From positions 1-64,000 of the forward strand of contig CBFIDD010000003.1 in assembly GCA_965661285.1 (NCBI GenBank): 64,000 nt of DNA, given 5' to 3'. A program made the position numbers and the translations under genes. The stretch comes from Poseidonia sp. (GTDB lineage: Archaea; Thermoplasmatota; Poseidoniia; Poseidoniales; Poseidoniaceae). Numbering within the stretch: position 1 is the first letter of the stretch; every line of letters begins with the position of its first letter. This document shows, in pieces, positions 19,078 through 28,955 of the stretch. The notes under the pieces were generated by a model that had not been told where the DNA came from, made no database searches, and saw only the letters and a list, made by a program, of their open reading frames with translations.

Positions 19078-19602
19078 TCATTCAGGCCACGGGCGCTCGT
19101 TGTCCCATCTGTTCCAATCCTCCACCCAAGGCTGCATGAACGGTTCAATGTCAAGGCCCAGCCCCTCCAGCACTTCCCGAGGGTCCACGGCACCCTTTCT
19201 GCGCACTGCTGTTCGCAACAGCGCTAACGAGCAGGTTCGACCCGATTGAACCGAACGCTGTTGGAAATAGAAAAAGCGAACATCGAAGCCGACCATTTCT
19301 GTGATGATTTGGGTTGATTTCCACGGGCGAAGCCGATGCCGATAACGAATGGTTGACCCTGCAACGACAAAGGCGGAGCGCGTCTTGCGCACCCAGCGAA
19401 AAAGACCGATGCGCATGGCGAGATCGTATCGGGCGAGGTCAAACAGAACAAAATGACGGCCGTTGTTCACCTCGGGATAGACGTCCATATCAGCGATGCC
19501 GGGACGTACCTTCCAAACATAGGCGGTTTTGGGATCAAACACCTCTCGTCGCCGAAAGGTGTTCCTCATCAACATCCACAACAGGCGAAGATAAGCATAC
19601 AT
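19078..19602 (-). CDS. Hotdog-fold acyl-CoA thioesterase (4HBT-like)
   Basis: DMDVYPEVNNGRHFVLFDLAR motif; lies directly downstream of an acyl-CoA dehydrogenase. Confidence 0.8.
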   Translation of the reverse strand: MYAYLRLLWMLMRNTFRRREVFDPKTAYVWKVRPGIADMDVYPEVNNGRHFVLFDLARYDLAMRIGLFRWVRKTRSAFVVAGSTIRYRHRLRPWKSTQIITEMVGFDVRFFYFQQRSVQSGRTCSLALLRTAVRRKGAVDPREVLEGLGLDIEPFMQPWVEDWNRWDNERPWPE

Positions 19603-19608
19603 CCGACA

Positions 19609-20784
19609 TCAAGCCTGGCGAGTGAAGGCCTGAATGCCGGTGATGTATCGGCCGAGAATCAGGTTGTGGATGTCGTGGGTGCCTTCGTAAGTTTTCACTG
19701 ACTCGAGATTGGCCATGTGCCGCATGATGGGGTATTCGTCAAGAATACCGTTCGCTCCGTGAATGTCTCGAGCCACCCGAGCAATCTCAAGGGCGATGTC
19801 AACGTTGTTCATCTTGGCCAGCGAAATTTGTTCGGGGAACCACGAGCCATCGTCTTTCTTCTTGCCGAGGTGGTAAGCGAGAAGCTGTCCCTTGGTGATT
19901 TCACGCAGCATCCAAGCCAGTTTGTTCTGAACCAGTTGGTAGGATGCGATGGGGTGGTCAAATTGGATACGGGACAGGGCGTAGGTTTTGGCGCTGTGGA
20001 AACAGGCCATGGCCGAACCCAACGCGCCCCAAGAAATACCGTAGCGGGCGTTGTTCAGGCAGGAGAACGGTCCGCGAAGGCCCTTGACGCCCGGAAGCAT
20101 ACGGTCCTTGGGAATCTTGCAGTCCTGGAACACCAATTCGCTGGTAACGCTGGCTTTGAGCGAGTGTTTTCCTTTCATCTCGGGAGCAGAAAAGCCTTCG
20201 TCGCCCTTTTCGACGATGAAACCACGGATCACGCCGTCGAGTTTCGCCCAGACCACAGCGATGTCGGCAATGGTTCCGTTGGTGATCCACATCTTCGCAC
20301 CGTTGAGCAGGTAGTGGTCGCCTTTGTCTTCCGCCTTGGTGACCATGTCGCCAGGGTTTGAACCGTAGTCCGGCTCCGTTAGACCAAAACATCCGATGTA
20401 TTCTCCCGAGGCCATTTTGGGCAGATACTTCTCTTTTTGTTCCTCAGTTCCGAAGTCCCAAATGGGGTACATGGCAAGTGAACCTTGAACGGAGGCAAAG
20501 GAGCGGAGACCGCTGTCCCCTCGCTCCAACTCTTGACAGATGAGGCCGTATGCAACATAGGAGAGTCCGGGGCAACCGTAGCCCTTCAGCGGTGCGCCAA
20601 GAACACCCATCTCGCCGAGCGCAACGCGCCATTCGTCGAGGAAAACGCCCTCTTCGCATGCCTGTTCAATTTTGGGAATGACGGCCTCGTCAACCCATTC
20701 TCGGACCATGTCCCTGACCATGATTTCTTCTTCGGTCAGCAAGCTTTCAACATCGTAAAAATCGAGTCCTTCGAACGGCTCCAT
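19609..20784 (-). CDS. gcdH: Acyl-CoA dehydrogenase, glutaryl-CoA dehydrogenase type
   Basis: ELERGDSGLRS, GCFGLTEPDYGS, NGAKMWITN, GPFSCLNNARYGISWG and TYEGTHDIH motifs. Confidence 0.88.
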   Translation of the reverse strand: MEPFEGLDFYDVESLLTEEEIMVRDMVREWVDEAVIPKIEQACEEGVFLDEWRVALGEMGVLGAPLKGYGCPGLSYVAYGLICQELERGDSGLRSFASVQGSLAMYPIWDFGTEEQKEKYLPKMASGEYIGCFGLTEPDYGSNPGDMVTKAEDKGDHYLLNGAKMWITNGTIADIAVVWAKLDGVIRGFIVEKGDEGFSAPEMKGKHSLKASVTSELVFQDCKIPKDRMLPGVKGLRGPFSCLNNARYGISWGALGSAMACFHSAKTYALSRIQFDHPIASYQLVQNKLAWMLREITKGQLLAYHLGKKKDDGSWFPEQISLAKMNNVDIALEIARVARDIHGANGILDEYPIMRHMANLESVKTYEGTHDIHNLILGRYITGIQAFTRQA

Positions 20785-20856
20785 ATGGCACCCTCATTTT
20801 ATCTGCCGCGCGGGTGCTTCATCAACATGTCCCCTTGCTTGATAGAAAGCAGGACA

Positions 20857-22032
20857 TCATTTCTTTCCAAACCGCCATTCCCGGTATTTCCGCTGCATCC
20901 ACGGGCTGTTCATGTAGATGAGACCGAGAATGACACCCGGGACAGAAACGGCGACGGCACTCATGACAAGCACGTCCATGATGTTCATCTCCACTTGTTC
21001 AACCGCTGGTGTGAACTTGATGATGTTGCCGAAATCGGTGATGATGAATCCGTCATGTCGCGTGTTCTCCCAAACAACCGCCAGGCCACGACCGGCGATG
21101 ACAGCGTCCCACGTCGCTGCGTCTTCAGGCACCAACACAGAGAACGCCTCGCCCGTGAGAGGTGTATGCCTGACCAAACCGAGGGGTGCGAGATGAACGA
21201 GGCTGGTGCCGTCATCTCCGCGAGACACATCGGTGAAGTCGCCGGTGGGAAGGTCCCACGGTTCGCTTGATTCAACGGTTGATTGACGAGCATCAAGGGT
21301 GTTTATCCGAATGACTTTCGTGCTCAAACCGCTGGCAAATCCGACACACTCGTTGAGGACTGCACTGGCGCAATCCACGCCAACCCATGTCATGTCGGCG
21401 GTTTGTGTCAACCACCCCAAAGCGTGGCCTTCGTCGATGACGGCCAAGCCTTCGTCCACCGTTGACATGAAGCAGACGTTGTAATTGCGATGGCATGAAA
21501 AATCTGTGATGCGGCTCTGTCCAGTGTTCTCAAGTGGCTCAAACCCGGTGTGTTCTGCGAACTTCCAAACGTGACCTTGTGAGGAGGCGACGTAGGCAAA
21601 ATCACCACCAGGGCGCCATACCACCGAAGTCAAGTCGTGTCCCAAGACCGTGAAGGTCCCGTTGACATACGTGATGCTGTGGTCATAGGTGTCGTAGCGC
21701 ATGGCCATCCCGTCGTCGCCGACCAAAAGAGCGGTGTTTCCGCGCGGATGCCATGCGATGTCTTGAACGGTCGAATTCCGACCGGTGACGAGTTCAACAT
21801 CCATGGCCCTGTTGCCGGCATCCTCCGCAGAGAGGAGGCGTGCATAGCCGTTCAGTCCCCCAACAAGAACATCCATGCCGTCAGGAGAGACCGCCCCCAC
21901 GGTGATGCCCATATCGCTCTCACCCAAGGCACCGGCATCCTCCAGATCGATTCGGGTGAGGAGATCGGCTGAAGCGAGCGGGAGGAGAAGGACCGCCACA
22001 AGCCCGAGGGACCACCATGCCTTCCTTCCCAT
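20857..22032 (-). CDS. Secreted WD40-like beta-propeller protein with C-terminal membrane anchor
   Basis: Signal peptide, repeated blades (DIAWHPRG, SVVWRPGG) and a C-terminal TM followed by a basic tail. Confidence 0.7.
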   Translation of the reverse strand: MGRKAWWSLGLVAVLLLPLASADLLTRIDLEDAGALGESDMGITVGAVSPDGMDVLVGGLNGYARLLSAEDAGNRAMDVELVTGRNSTVQDIAWHPRGNTALLVGDDGMAMRYDTYDHSITYVNGTFTVLGHDLTSVVWRPGGDFAYVASSQGHVWKFAEHTGFEPLENTGQSRITDFSCHRNYNVCFMSTVDEGLAVIDEGHALGWLTQTADMTWVGVDCASAVLNECVGFASGLSTKVIRINTLDARQSTVESSEPWDLPTGDFTDVSRGDDGTSLVHLAPLGLVRHTPLTGEAFSVLVPEDAATWDAVIAGRGLAVVWENTRHDGFIITDFGNIIKFTPAVEQVEMNIMDVLVMSAVAVSVPGVILGLIYMNSPWMQRKYREWRFGKK

Positions 22033-22133
22033 GGCTGAGCGACCGACGCTTGCATGAAAACATCTCCCATGGATTGGCCACGAACAAGCGGTTCGGACGG
22101 TGGTCTTATGAGACGCTGACCGTTGCGCAACAC

Positions 22134-22658
22134 ATGGAGCGATTTGCCGTTAAGCGTGGTCTGATTAAATCAATGGGCGGAAATGCCGGTCTTGCCAAAT
22201 TGGCCACTTCATACTTCGAAAACATCAACGTCGATGCCGATGGCGTGTTCACCGGCTCGTACGGACTCCTGACACGTGTGCGTGGGTCCTACGACGACAA
22301 AGGCAAACTTGCTGTGGATGTTGTCCAGATGAAAGGCGGCGATCTTGCCGAGTTCCTCGACAGTGAGGAGGGACCCTCCAAAGCCATGGAGTCCCGCAAG
22401 CGTTGGTCAAGTTTCCTTGACGAAGCAACGGGCTACAACGCCAAGCAACGCGGCGATAAAGCCAAGGAAGAGGCAAAGAAATTCTCGAAGGCCAAATCCG
22501 CCATCAAGATGGCTCACAAATCCATGGAACTGATGAAGAACCTGGACCAGAGCACCATCGACCAAGCCCACGAAATCATTGAAAAACTCGAAACGATGAT
22601 CGAGGCTGGCGACCCACCTTCCGAAACCCAAGTCAAAAAACTCGACAAGCTGTTCTGA
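22134..22658 (+). CDS. DUF5611-like conserved archaeal protein
   Basis: RFAVKRG N-terminus and RKRWSSFLDEATGYNAKQR motif recalled from this family; co-oriented with tyrS. Confidence 0.65.
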   Translation: MERFAVKRGLIKSMGGNAGLAKLATSYFENINVDADGVFTGSYGLLTRVRGSYDDKGKLAVDVVQMKGGDLAEFLDSEEGPSKAMESRKRWSSFLDEATGYNAKQRGDKAKEEAKKFSKAKSAIKMAHKSMELMKNLDQSTIDQAHEIIEKLETMIEAGDPPSETQVKKLDKLF

Positions 22659-22667
22659 GGTGATGGA

Positions 22668-23813
22668 ATGGCCACCAAGCAAGACATTCCCGCCTTGCTT
22701 GCCTCGAAAGAGGCGTTTGCATCACTCACAGAGGCCAATAAAAACCGCCTCAATTTGATGGTCGCCAATGTGGAAGAAGTCGTCGGCGTGGAGCACCTCA
22801 TGGACGCTTTGCAAAACGGCACCTCCCACGGCGGGGATGGCGTGCTTCGCTGTTATGTGGGGTTTGAACCGAGCGGCAAGGCGCACATCGGCTGGAAGGT
22901 CCTGGCGCTTCAACTGCGCAGAATGCTTGACGCCAACGCCAACGTCATGGTTTTCTTGGCCGATTGGCATGCTTGGGTGAACGACAAGTTCAACGGCGAC
23001 ATGGAGGCCATCAAAACGACCGGCGTCTACATGCAAGAGACGTTCCGAGCGCTCCTCGACCATCCCCCAGAAGGCACTGGCGCAGGTGAATTGCAGTTCA
23101 AATGGGCTTCAGAGTTGATGGAATCCAGCGAGTACTGGGCCAGAGTGCTGCGATGCTCAAAGGGCGCAACATTGGCGATGGTGAGGAAGACATTCACCAT
23201 CATGGGCCGGGATGAGGCATCTTCGGACCACGACCTCTCGAAATTTTACTACCCTGCCATGCAGGCTGCAGACATTTTTGAGATGGACATTGACATCGCC
23301 ATCGGCGGCATGGACCAACGCAAGGCCCACATGTTCATGCGCGACATCGCATCAAAATACGGTTGGCAAAAGGCAACGTGCCTGCATACGGCCATCATTT
23401 CATCGCTCAAGGCCTCGGGCTCGAGGATGGAATCCTTTGACCACAAGATGTCAAAATCGGATCCGAGTGGTGCACTGCTTCTGCACGACACCCCCGCACA
23501 ACTCCTCAAGAAAATGAAGAAAGCCTACATTTCGCCCGATGACCCTCAATCTCCGGTGTATGAACTGGCCGAACATATCGTGCTTCCCGAGAACGGTGCC
23601 ATCCACGTCACTCCCAATCCAAAGTTTGGCGAACCGAGCACATGGACGAGCCTCGATGACTTTCGAACCGCCGTGATGGACGGCACGCTTCACCCCTTTG
23701 ATGCAAAAATGGGGGTTGCTGATGGTTTAGCCAAAGGCCTTGAGGGCTTGGCGGCGCACTTTGAGGCTCATCCGGACACGCTTGAGAAGGTGACAGCCCT
23801 CATCAACGGCTGA
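22668..23813 (+). CDS. tyrS: Tyrosine--tRNA ligase, archaeal type
   Basis: YVGFEPSGKAHIG, ADWHA, YPAMQAADI, GGMDQRKAH and KMSKS motifs. Confidence 0.95.
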   Translation: MATKQDIPALLASKEAFASLTEANKNRLNLMVANVEEVVGVEHLMDALQNGTSHGGDGVLRCYVGFEPSGKAHIGWKVLALQLRRMLDANANVMVFLADWHAWVNDKFNGDMEAIKTTGVYMQETFRALLDHPPEGTGAGELQFKWASELMESSEYWARVLRCSKGATLAMVRKTFTIMGRDEASSDHDLSKFYYPAMQAADIFEMDIDIAIGGMDQRKAHMFMRDIASKYGWQKATCLHTAIISSLKASGSRMESFDHKMSKSDPSGALLLHDTPAQLLKKMKKAYISPDDPQSPVYELAEHIVLPENGAIHVTPNPKFGEPSTWTSLDDFRTAVMDGTLHPFDAKMGVADGLAKGLEGLAAHFEAHPDTLEKVTALING

Positions 23814-24666
23814 TATCATCCTCAATGTTCAGTTCTTCAACACTCAAGATGTCGATGGACAGCAGACGTCGGGTATCCTTTGCGAAGGTCCGATCAGGAA
23901 CGGGTTGGACACGCACAATGCCGTTCACGCGAACATAGGTTGACGGCCGGAGTTGGTCGACGAGGTCGTCGGCAAGCGTACCCAGGATTTGATTTCGCGT
24001 GGAGCAATTGATCAGATGGTGTTCGCTGTTGTAGGTGATTTGGCTCATGCTAATATCTTGAACATCCTCGTATTTGCAGTCCTCAACAACCAGTGTGAAA
24101 TCGCTATTTGGTCGGATGAAACTTCGTGGAATGTCCGTGGTATTGTAGCCCTCCATCGCTTGTTGCAAGCAAGATCGACAGAGGTACGGGCTCTCGCGCT
24201 CCCTCGCTCGTCGTTGAGGTACCTCGACCCGTGTTTCACAATCCGTGCACTCGTAGACGGCGAGTTTGAGCCAGCCGTAAGGGTGAGAGACCTCGTTGAT
24301 TTTGACATCAAGGCAGACCAGCCCGTTTCGGTCGCGCATCCTCAACTCATCCACCCGGTTGAGGTAGTTCTTCGAAAGTCCGACCACGCGCAACACAGGT
24401 CGAGTGAGGATGTTGTGCTGGTCAAATTGTTCTCGCATGATTTGACTTCCCAATTCAAGGGCACGGGTCGGATTTTCATGGAAGAAACGTCGAAGCGTCT
24501 CCTTTTTGTCAATGAGTGCGTGTTCGATGTGAAACCCATGGACGCTTTCGTCCATGCCTTCGAGGCGAGCGATGTCTTTTTGGTAATGCTCGACGATGAG
24601 TTCTCTCCATTCGCGAAGCACGGATTGTGCATCAGGGTCAACATCGACTTTTCTCGGTGGGGACAT
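23803..24666 (-). CDS. Stand-alone MCM N-terminal domain protein (helical domain, Zn finger, OB fold; no AAA+ domain)
   Basis: VDELRMRDRNGLV, AVYECTDC...PYLCRSC, YEDVQDI and LADDLVDQLRPSTYVRVNGIV match the MCM N-domain pattern; the ORF stops after the OB fold. Confidence 0.8.
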   Translation of the reverse strand: MSPPRKVDVDPDAQSVLREWRELIVEHYQKDIARLEGMDESVHGFHIEHALIDKKETLRRFFHENPTRALELGSQIMREQFDQHNILTRPVLRVVGLSKNYLNRVDELRMRDRNGLVCLDVKINEVSHPYGWLKLAVYECTDCETRVEVPQRRARERESPYLCRSCLQQAMEGYNTTDIPRSFIRPNSDFTLVVEDCKYEDVQDISMSQITYNSEHHLINCSTRNQILGTLADDLVDQLRPSTYVRVNGIVRVQPVPDRTFAKDTRRLLSIDILSVEELNIEDDISR

Positions 24667-24808
24667 GGAGTTCCCCCCTGGCTGAGACGGTTCATAATAC
24701 TACCCTGCAGGCCCAAAATTTCAGCCTTTGAGATGCGCCATACGGGGGCGTGGCAAGGTTCATGAATGGACTCCGGCTGGGTTTGAGCAAGAATTGGAGT
24801 TGATTCCC

Positions 24809-25546
24809 ATGTCCAACATTATCGTCCTCGTCAAACAAGTTCCAGACACCAACGCCAAGATTGTGGTGAACGGCGACCGTGTTGACCTCTCATCGGTCAA
24901 AATGGTCATGAGTCCCTACGACGAATTTGCCGTTGAGACCGCCCTTCAGCACCGAGAGGCCAACGGCGGAGAGGTCACCGCCCTGACGGTTGGAGGGGCA
25001 GGAGCGGAAAAAATTCTGAAAGACGCCAAGGCCATTGGCGTGGACCATATCGTTCGCATCGATGCCGCTGAAGACATGGATTCCAATGCGCTTCAAACGC
25101 TCATCGCACAAGCCATCAGCGACCTCGATGGCGGGGTTGTCTACTGTGGAAAATCAGCAGCTGACACGGGAGCAGGTTCCACGGGCCCTGGCGTCGCCGA
25201 ACGCTTGGGCTGGGCCTCCGTATCCAACATCATCGGCGCCAGTTTCGACGGCGGCCTTTCGGTGACCGCACCAAGCGGTGGCGGCAACGCGAAAGTGAGC
25301 GTACCCCTCCCCGCTGTGATCTCGTGCGACAAAGGGAATTTAAAAGTTCGAAAACCAAACGTCAAAGGCATCATGCAAGCCAAGCGAGCAAGCGTAGACG
25401 TTCGTTCTATAGACGCTCCTGCATCATCTGTTTCCATCGTCGCTCACGCCCTCCCACCAGCGAAACCCGCCGGGAAGAGTTACGAAGGTGGAGCCGCCGC
25501 AGCAGAGGTGGCAAAACTGCTTCGTGATGAAGCCAACGTCCTATGA
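24809..25546 (+). CDS. etfB: Electron transfer flavoprotein beta subunit
   Basis: IIVLVKQVPD, PYDEFAVE and CGKSAADTG motifs. Confidence 0.95.
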   Translation: MSNIIVLVKQVPDTNAKIVVNGDRVDLSSVKMVMSPYDEFAVETALQHREANGGEVTALTVGGAGAEKILKDAKAIGVDHIVRIDAAEDMDSNALQTLIAQAISDLDGGVVYCGKSAADTGAGSTGPGVAERLGWASVSNIIGASFDGGLSVTAPSGGGNAKVSVPLPAVISCDKGNLKVRKPNVKGIMQAKRASVDVRSIDAPASSVSIVAHALPPAKPAGKSYEGGAAAAEVAKLLRDEANVL

Positions 25547-25555
25547 GGTGAAGAC

Positions 25556-26482
25556 ATGACACAAACCATCGTTATCGCAGAAATGAGCAACAACACCGTC
25601 CACCCCAGCACCGCTGAACTCGTCAGCGCTGCCATTGCCCTGGGCGGAGAACCCACCATCGTCGTGCCCTGCACGGAAGCCGGTCAAGCCGACGGCGCCG
25701 CCGGCATGGGAGCCGCAAGCATTCTGGCAGCGAAATCCGCCGCCTTCACACACTACGACGCCAGCGGCTGGGCAGCGGCCCTCGACGCCGTCGCTCCGCA
25801 AGGTACCGTCATTACCGGTGCCAGCCCTCAATCGAAAGACTTGGCTGCAAGGCTGGCCGCTCGGCGCAACCTCTCCGTGGTCCAGGATGCGGTGGCCATT
25901 GAAGGCAGCAACATCACCTCGCCCGTCTACAGCGGAAAGGCCATGCAAACCGTCTCAGCAACCGGCCCAGTGGTCGTTTCGGTGCGCTCCAACGTCTTCT
26001 CACCCGCACAGGGCGGAGCAGCGGATGTCAGCGTGGTCGATACCGACGGTGATGTGGCCACCTCCGTTCAAGAATTCATGGCGCGTGCATCCGAGCGACT
26101 GGACGTGGCTGAAGCCAACATCATCATTTCCGGAGGACGTGGAATGGGTTCACCCGACAATTTCTCGCACCTCGAGGCCATTGCCGACACCATCGGTGCC
26201 GCTGTTGGCGCCTCTCGTGCGGCTGTTGACACCTGGGAGGCCATTCCGCACTCCATGCAAGTTGGGCAAACCGGCAAGACGGTGAACCCCAATCTCTACA
26301 TCGCTGTTGGCATATCCGGTGCCATCCAGCACTTGGCAGGCATGCGCTCCTCGAAGTACATCGTCGCCATTAACAAAGACGCAGATGCTCCGATTTTCCA
26401 ACACGCAGATTATGGCATCGTGGCGACTTGGGAAGACGCCCTCCCGGTTCTCCACGAGAGCCTGAAAGGCATGATGGGATGA
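25556..26482 (+). CDS. etfA: Electron transfer flavoprotein alpha subunit
   Basis: [34 protein letters not shown] and [11 protein letters not shown] motifs. Confidence 0.97.
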   Translation: MTQTIVIAEMSNNTVHPSTAELVSAAIALGGEPTIVVPCTEAGQADGAAGMGAASILAAKSAAFTHYDASGWAAALDAVAPQGTVITGASPQSKDLAARLAARRNLSVVQDAVAIEGSNITSPVYSGKAMQTVSATGPVVVSVRSNVFSPAQGGAADVSVVDTDGDVATSVQEFMARASERLDVAEANIIISGGRGMGSPDNFSHLEAIADTIGAAVGASRAAVDTWEAIPHSMQVGQTGKTVNPNLYIAVGISGAIQHLAGMRSSKYIVAINKDADAPIFQHADYGIVATWEDALPVLHESLKGMMG

Positions 26483-27259
26483 TCAGGCGTATTTGCCGAA
26501 ACCGTACGAACCGCCTTCTCCAGCCGGCTCGCCGACAAAGGGGTTCGTCCTTTTTTCATGCCCGATGGTGGTCAACGGACCGTGCCCCGGATGGACGACG
26601 GTCGTCTCCTCCAGAGGCCACAGTTGGGTGTGAATCGAGCGAGCCAAGAGATCAAAGTCACCACCGGAATTGGCAATATCGGTGCGCCCCACGGAGCCTG
26701 CAAACAAGGTATCACCGACAAACACATGATCGGGACCGCCGTTGACCGGGAGCAACAAACAGCAGCCGCCGAGCGTGTGGCCGGGCGTGTGCAGCACACG
26801 GAGTTCAATGCTCCCAAATTGATACGCCTCACCTGCCGTGAGGGCTTGGTCAGCGACAGCAGGCTCGGGCAATTGAAGCCCGTAGCGTCGGCCCGAGGCT
26901 TGAGCCAATGTTTGCAAAAAGGTGTCATCGGGATGTAGAAACCATTCCACGTTGAAATGTTCTCGAAGAACGGGAATGAAGCCGCTGTGGTCAAAATGTG
27001 CGTGGGTGTTGACAAGCGCCACGACCTTTCTTGCGGGCAGTTGGAGTTCTTCAGCCATGGTACGTGATTCCGGACCCGTTGTCCAGTTTGGCCCGGGGCC
27101 TTCGTAGCCCTCGATCCAATCGATGATGCGTTGCGGTTCATCACCGCCATCGATGATGATGGTATCTCCGTTACTCCGGTCCGTGACCACGGAGCACCTC
27201 ATCTGGAGCGGTCCGACGAAAAAATGCTCAATCCATGGTTCCGTCAAGGCCATGGTCAT
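26483..27259 (-). CDS. MBL-fold metallo-hydrolase (glyoxalase II-like)
   Basis: THAHFDH, HTPGHT, GDTLFAGSVGRTD and PGHG motifs; start trimmed to MTMALTEP. Confidence 0.9.
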   Translation of the reverse strand: MTMALTEPWIEHFFVGPLQMRCSVVTDRSNGDTIIIDGGDEPQRIIDWIEGYEGPGPNWTTGPESRTMAEELQLPARKVVALVNTHAHFDHSGFIPVLREHFNVEWFLHPDDTFLQTLAQASGRRYGLQLPEPAVADQALTAGEAYQFGSIELRVLHTPGHTLGGCCLLLPVNGGPDHVFVGDTLFAGSVGRTDIANSGGDFDLLARSIHTQLWPLEETTVVHPGHGPLTTIGHEKRTNPFVGEPAGEGGSYGFGKYA

Positions 27260-27275
27260 CGCAAGAAGGACTCCT

Positions 27276-28916
27276 TCATGAGGTTGAGCCATCCAGCACA
27301 TGAACGACCAGTGCATCCGTCGTCCATGAGCCCTCACGGTCCACCACCCGCAATTCAAACACATGGCGACCGACAGGGAGACGGAGCTTGAGTTGAGCCG
27401 TGGTCGAGAGTTCTTGCCCACGCTCATCGTACCACGACCATTGAACAATTTGGTCATGGGGGTCGTAGGAACCCCGTCCATCGAGCAGGACAACGCACGT
27501 ACCGTCGCTGTCAGCCTCGTGCCGTTGATCATCGCCTGCTATGGCTCGAGGAGGATGGATTTCATCAACTGCAGAAGAGAGCGCATCAAGGAGGATGCCG
27601 GTTTCCTCAACCCCCAAGGCTTCGGTGGTGTTGAGGGCCTCGAACAACGCTTCCTCGCTGAGAGGGTCGTCGCGGTGAGGCGAACCATGCTCACCCTCCT
27701 CCATGGCCGCCAGCAACGTGCCGGCTGATTGAGATAGAGTCGAAGCGGTCTCGTAGGATGCTCGCTCCTCATCTGTGAGATGCATCAACACATCATCGTC
27801 TGAATCCCCATAGAGTTCTTCGGCCGTCAGGGATGTGGCTGAGGAACCCTCTTGAAACCAACCCGGTAACTCAGCAGCGTCCGTCTCCCAGGGTGCCTTG
27901 TTGAGGTCGATGCAGCCAATGGGTTCGGGTTCGGTGTAGTCGTTTTGATCGTCGCCTGCGAACAGGATGACCTGGCGTTCGGGGTGGACACACATCATCT
28001 GCGGCATTCCCCGGTGTTCCACCTTCCAGACATCCCCATCGGTGACCCCTTGAATGTAAAACCAGGAACTCGCGACCACGCTGGCTTGGTGTTCAAAGCA
28101 CCGAAATACGGGATGACCGGTGGCGAGTAACTCGTCAAGTCGACCGTCTTCGTACAGCAAATCGACCGTCCCGTCATCAAACCCCAGGACGGCCCCGAGG
28201 GTGGCTTCCGATGATGTGAGTAAACGCTTACGTAAGTCCCTGCGTTGCACCAAATTGGGCCCATCCCACAATTCAAATTCAATCGCTTCCTCTTCACCGG
28301 CCACCATAGCATGACCTTCTCTGGTCAAGAAAAAGGAGCCTTCTCTCGTTACACCCATCCCCGTGATACGCTCGCCGTGTTGACCTCGCTGTGGTCGATG
28401 CCATTGCACTCCGGACTCGTCGAGAGCAACAACCGAGCCGTCCTGTTGTGCAACATAGATGCGATGATTTGAGACCACCAATTGGAGGACATCCCCCAAA
28501 CCAAAGCGCTTGGTAAGGTTCTGTTCAGGCCGTTCAAATTGGATGAGATGGACCGTCCCCATGCCGCTGATCACGGCGAGTTTCAACCCCATTGGACTAC
28601 AAGATTGGACGCCACCGTCCACCTCTTGGGTTTCGAGGTGCGCACCCTCAGCGTCATAAAATGAAAGACTCCCAATGTCATCACCAACGACCAAGTGGTT
28701 TCGGTGAAACTGAAGAAAACTCACGTCGTAGGCGGCGGAAAACGTGGCCACGATGCGAAGTCCAGTGTCCTCAAACCGTCCGATAGTGACCGTTTTGTTC
28801 ACTTCTGCCCAGGCCACCAAGTCCTCCTCCGGATGGAGGGAAAGGTGCTTGACTTTGGCTTCGGGATTCACCAGAGCGTGGACGTGCCGCGTCAAGACCA
28901 TGGGTTGTGGTGGCAC
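27276..28916 (-). CDS. Beta-propeller protein with acidic linker and C-terminal PKD/Ig-like domain
   Basis: WD40/PQQ-like blades in the N-terminal part; C-terminus AIAGDDQ...LDGRGSYDP...QWSW...GRHVFELRVVD. Confidence 0.7.
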   Translation of the reverse strand: MPPQPMVLTRHVHALVNPEAKVKHLSLHPEEDLVAWAEVNKTVTIGRFEDTGLRIVATFSAAYDVSFLQFHRNHLVVGDDIGSLSFYDAEGAHLETQEVDGGVQSCSPMGLKLAVISGMGTVHLIQFERPEQNLTKRFGLGDVLQLVVSNHRIYVAQQDGSVVALDESGVQWHRPQRGQHGERITGMGVTREGSFFLTREGHAMVAGEEEAIEFELWDGPNLVQRRDLRKRLLTSSEATLGAVLGFDDGTVDLLYEDGRLDELLATGHPVFRCFEHQASVVASSWFYIQGVTDGDVWKVEHRGMPQMMCVHPERQVILFAGDDQNDYTEPEPIGCIDLNKAPWETDAAELPGWFQEGSSATSLTAEELYGDSDDDVLMHLTDEERASYETASTLSQSAGTLLAAMEEGEHGSPHRDDPLSEEALFEALNTTEALGVEETGILLDALSSAVDEIHPPRAIAGDDQRHEADSDGTCVVLLDGRGSYDPHDQIVQWSWYDERGQELSTTAQLKLRLPVGRHVFELRVVDREGSWTTDALVVHVLDGSTS

Positions 28917-28955
28917 GAGGTATAGAAAAGCACTCGCTTGAACTGCTCGCGGACT

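Noticed and set aside
27260-27532. N-terminal extension of the MBL hydrolase ORF
   Set aside because: Overlaps the PKD-domain gene in another frame.
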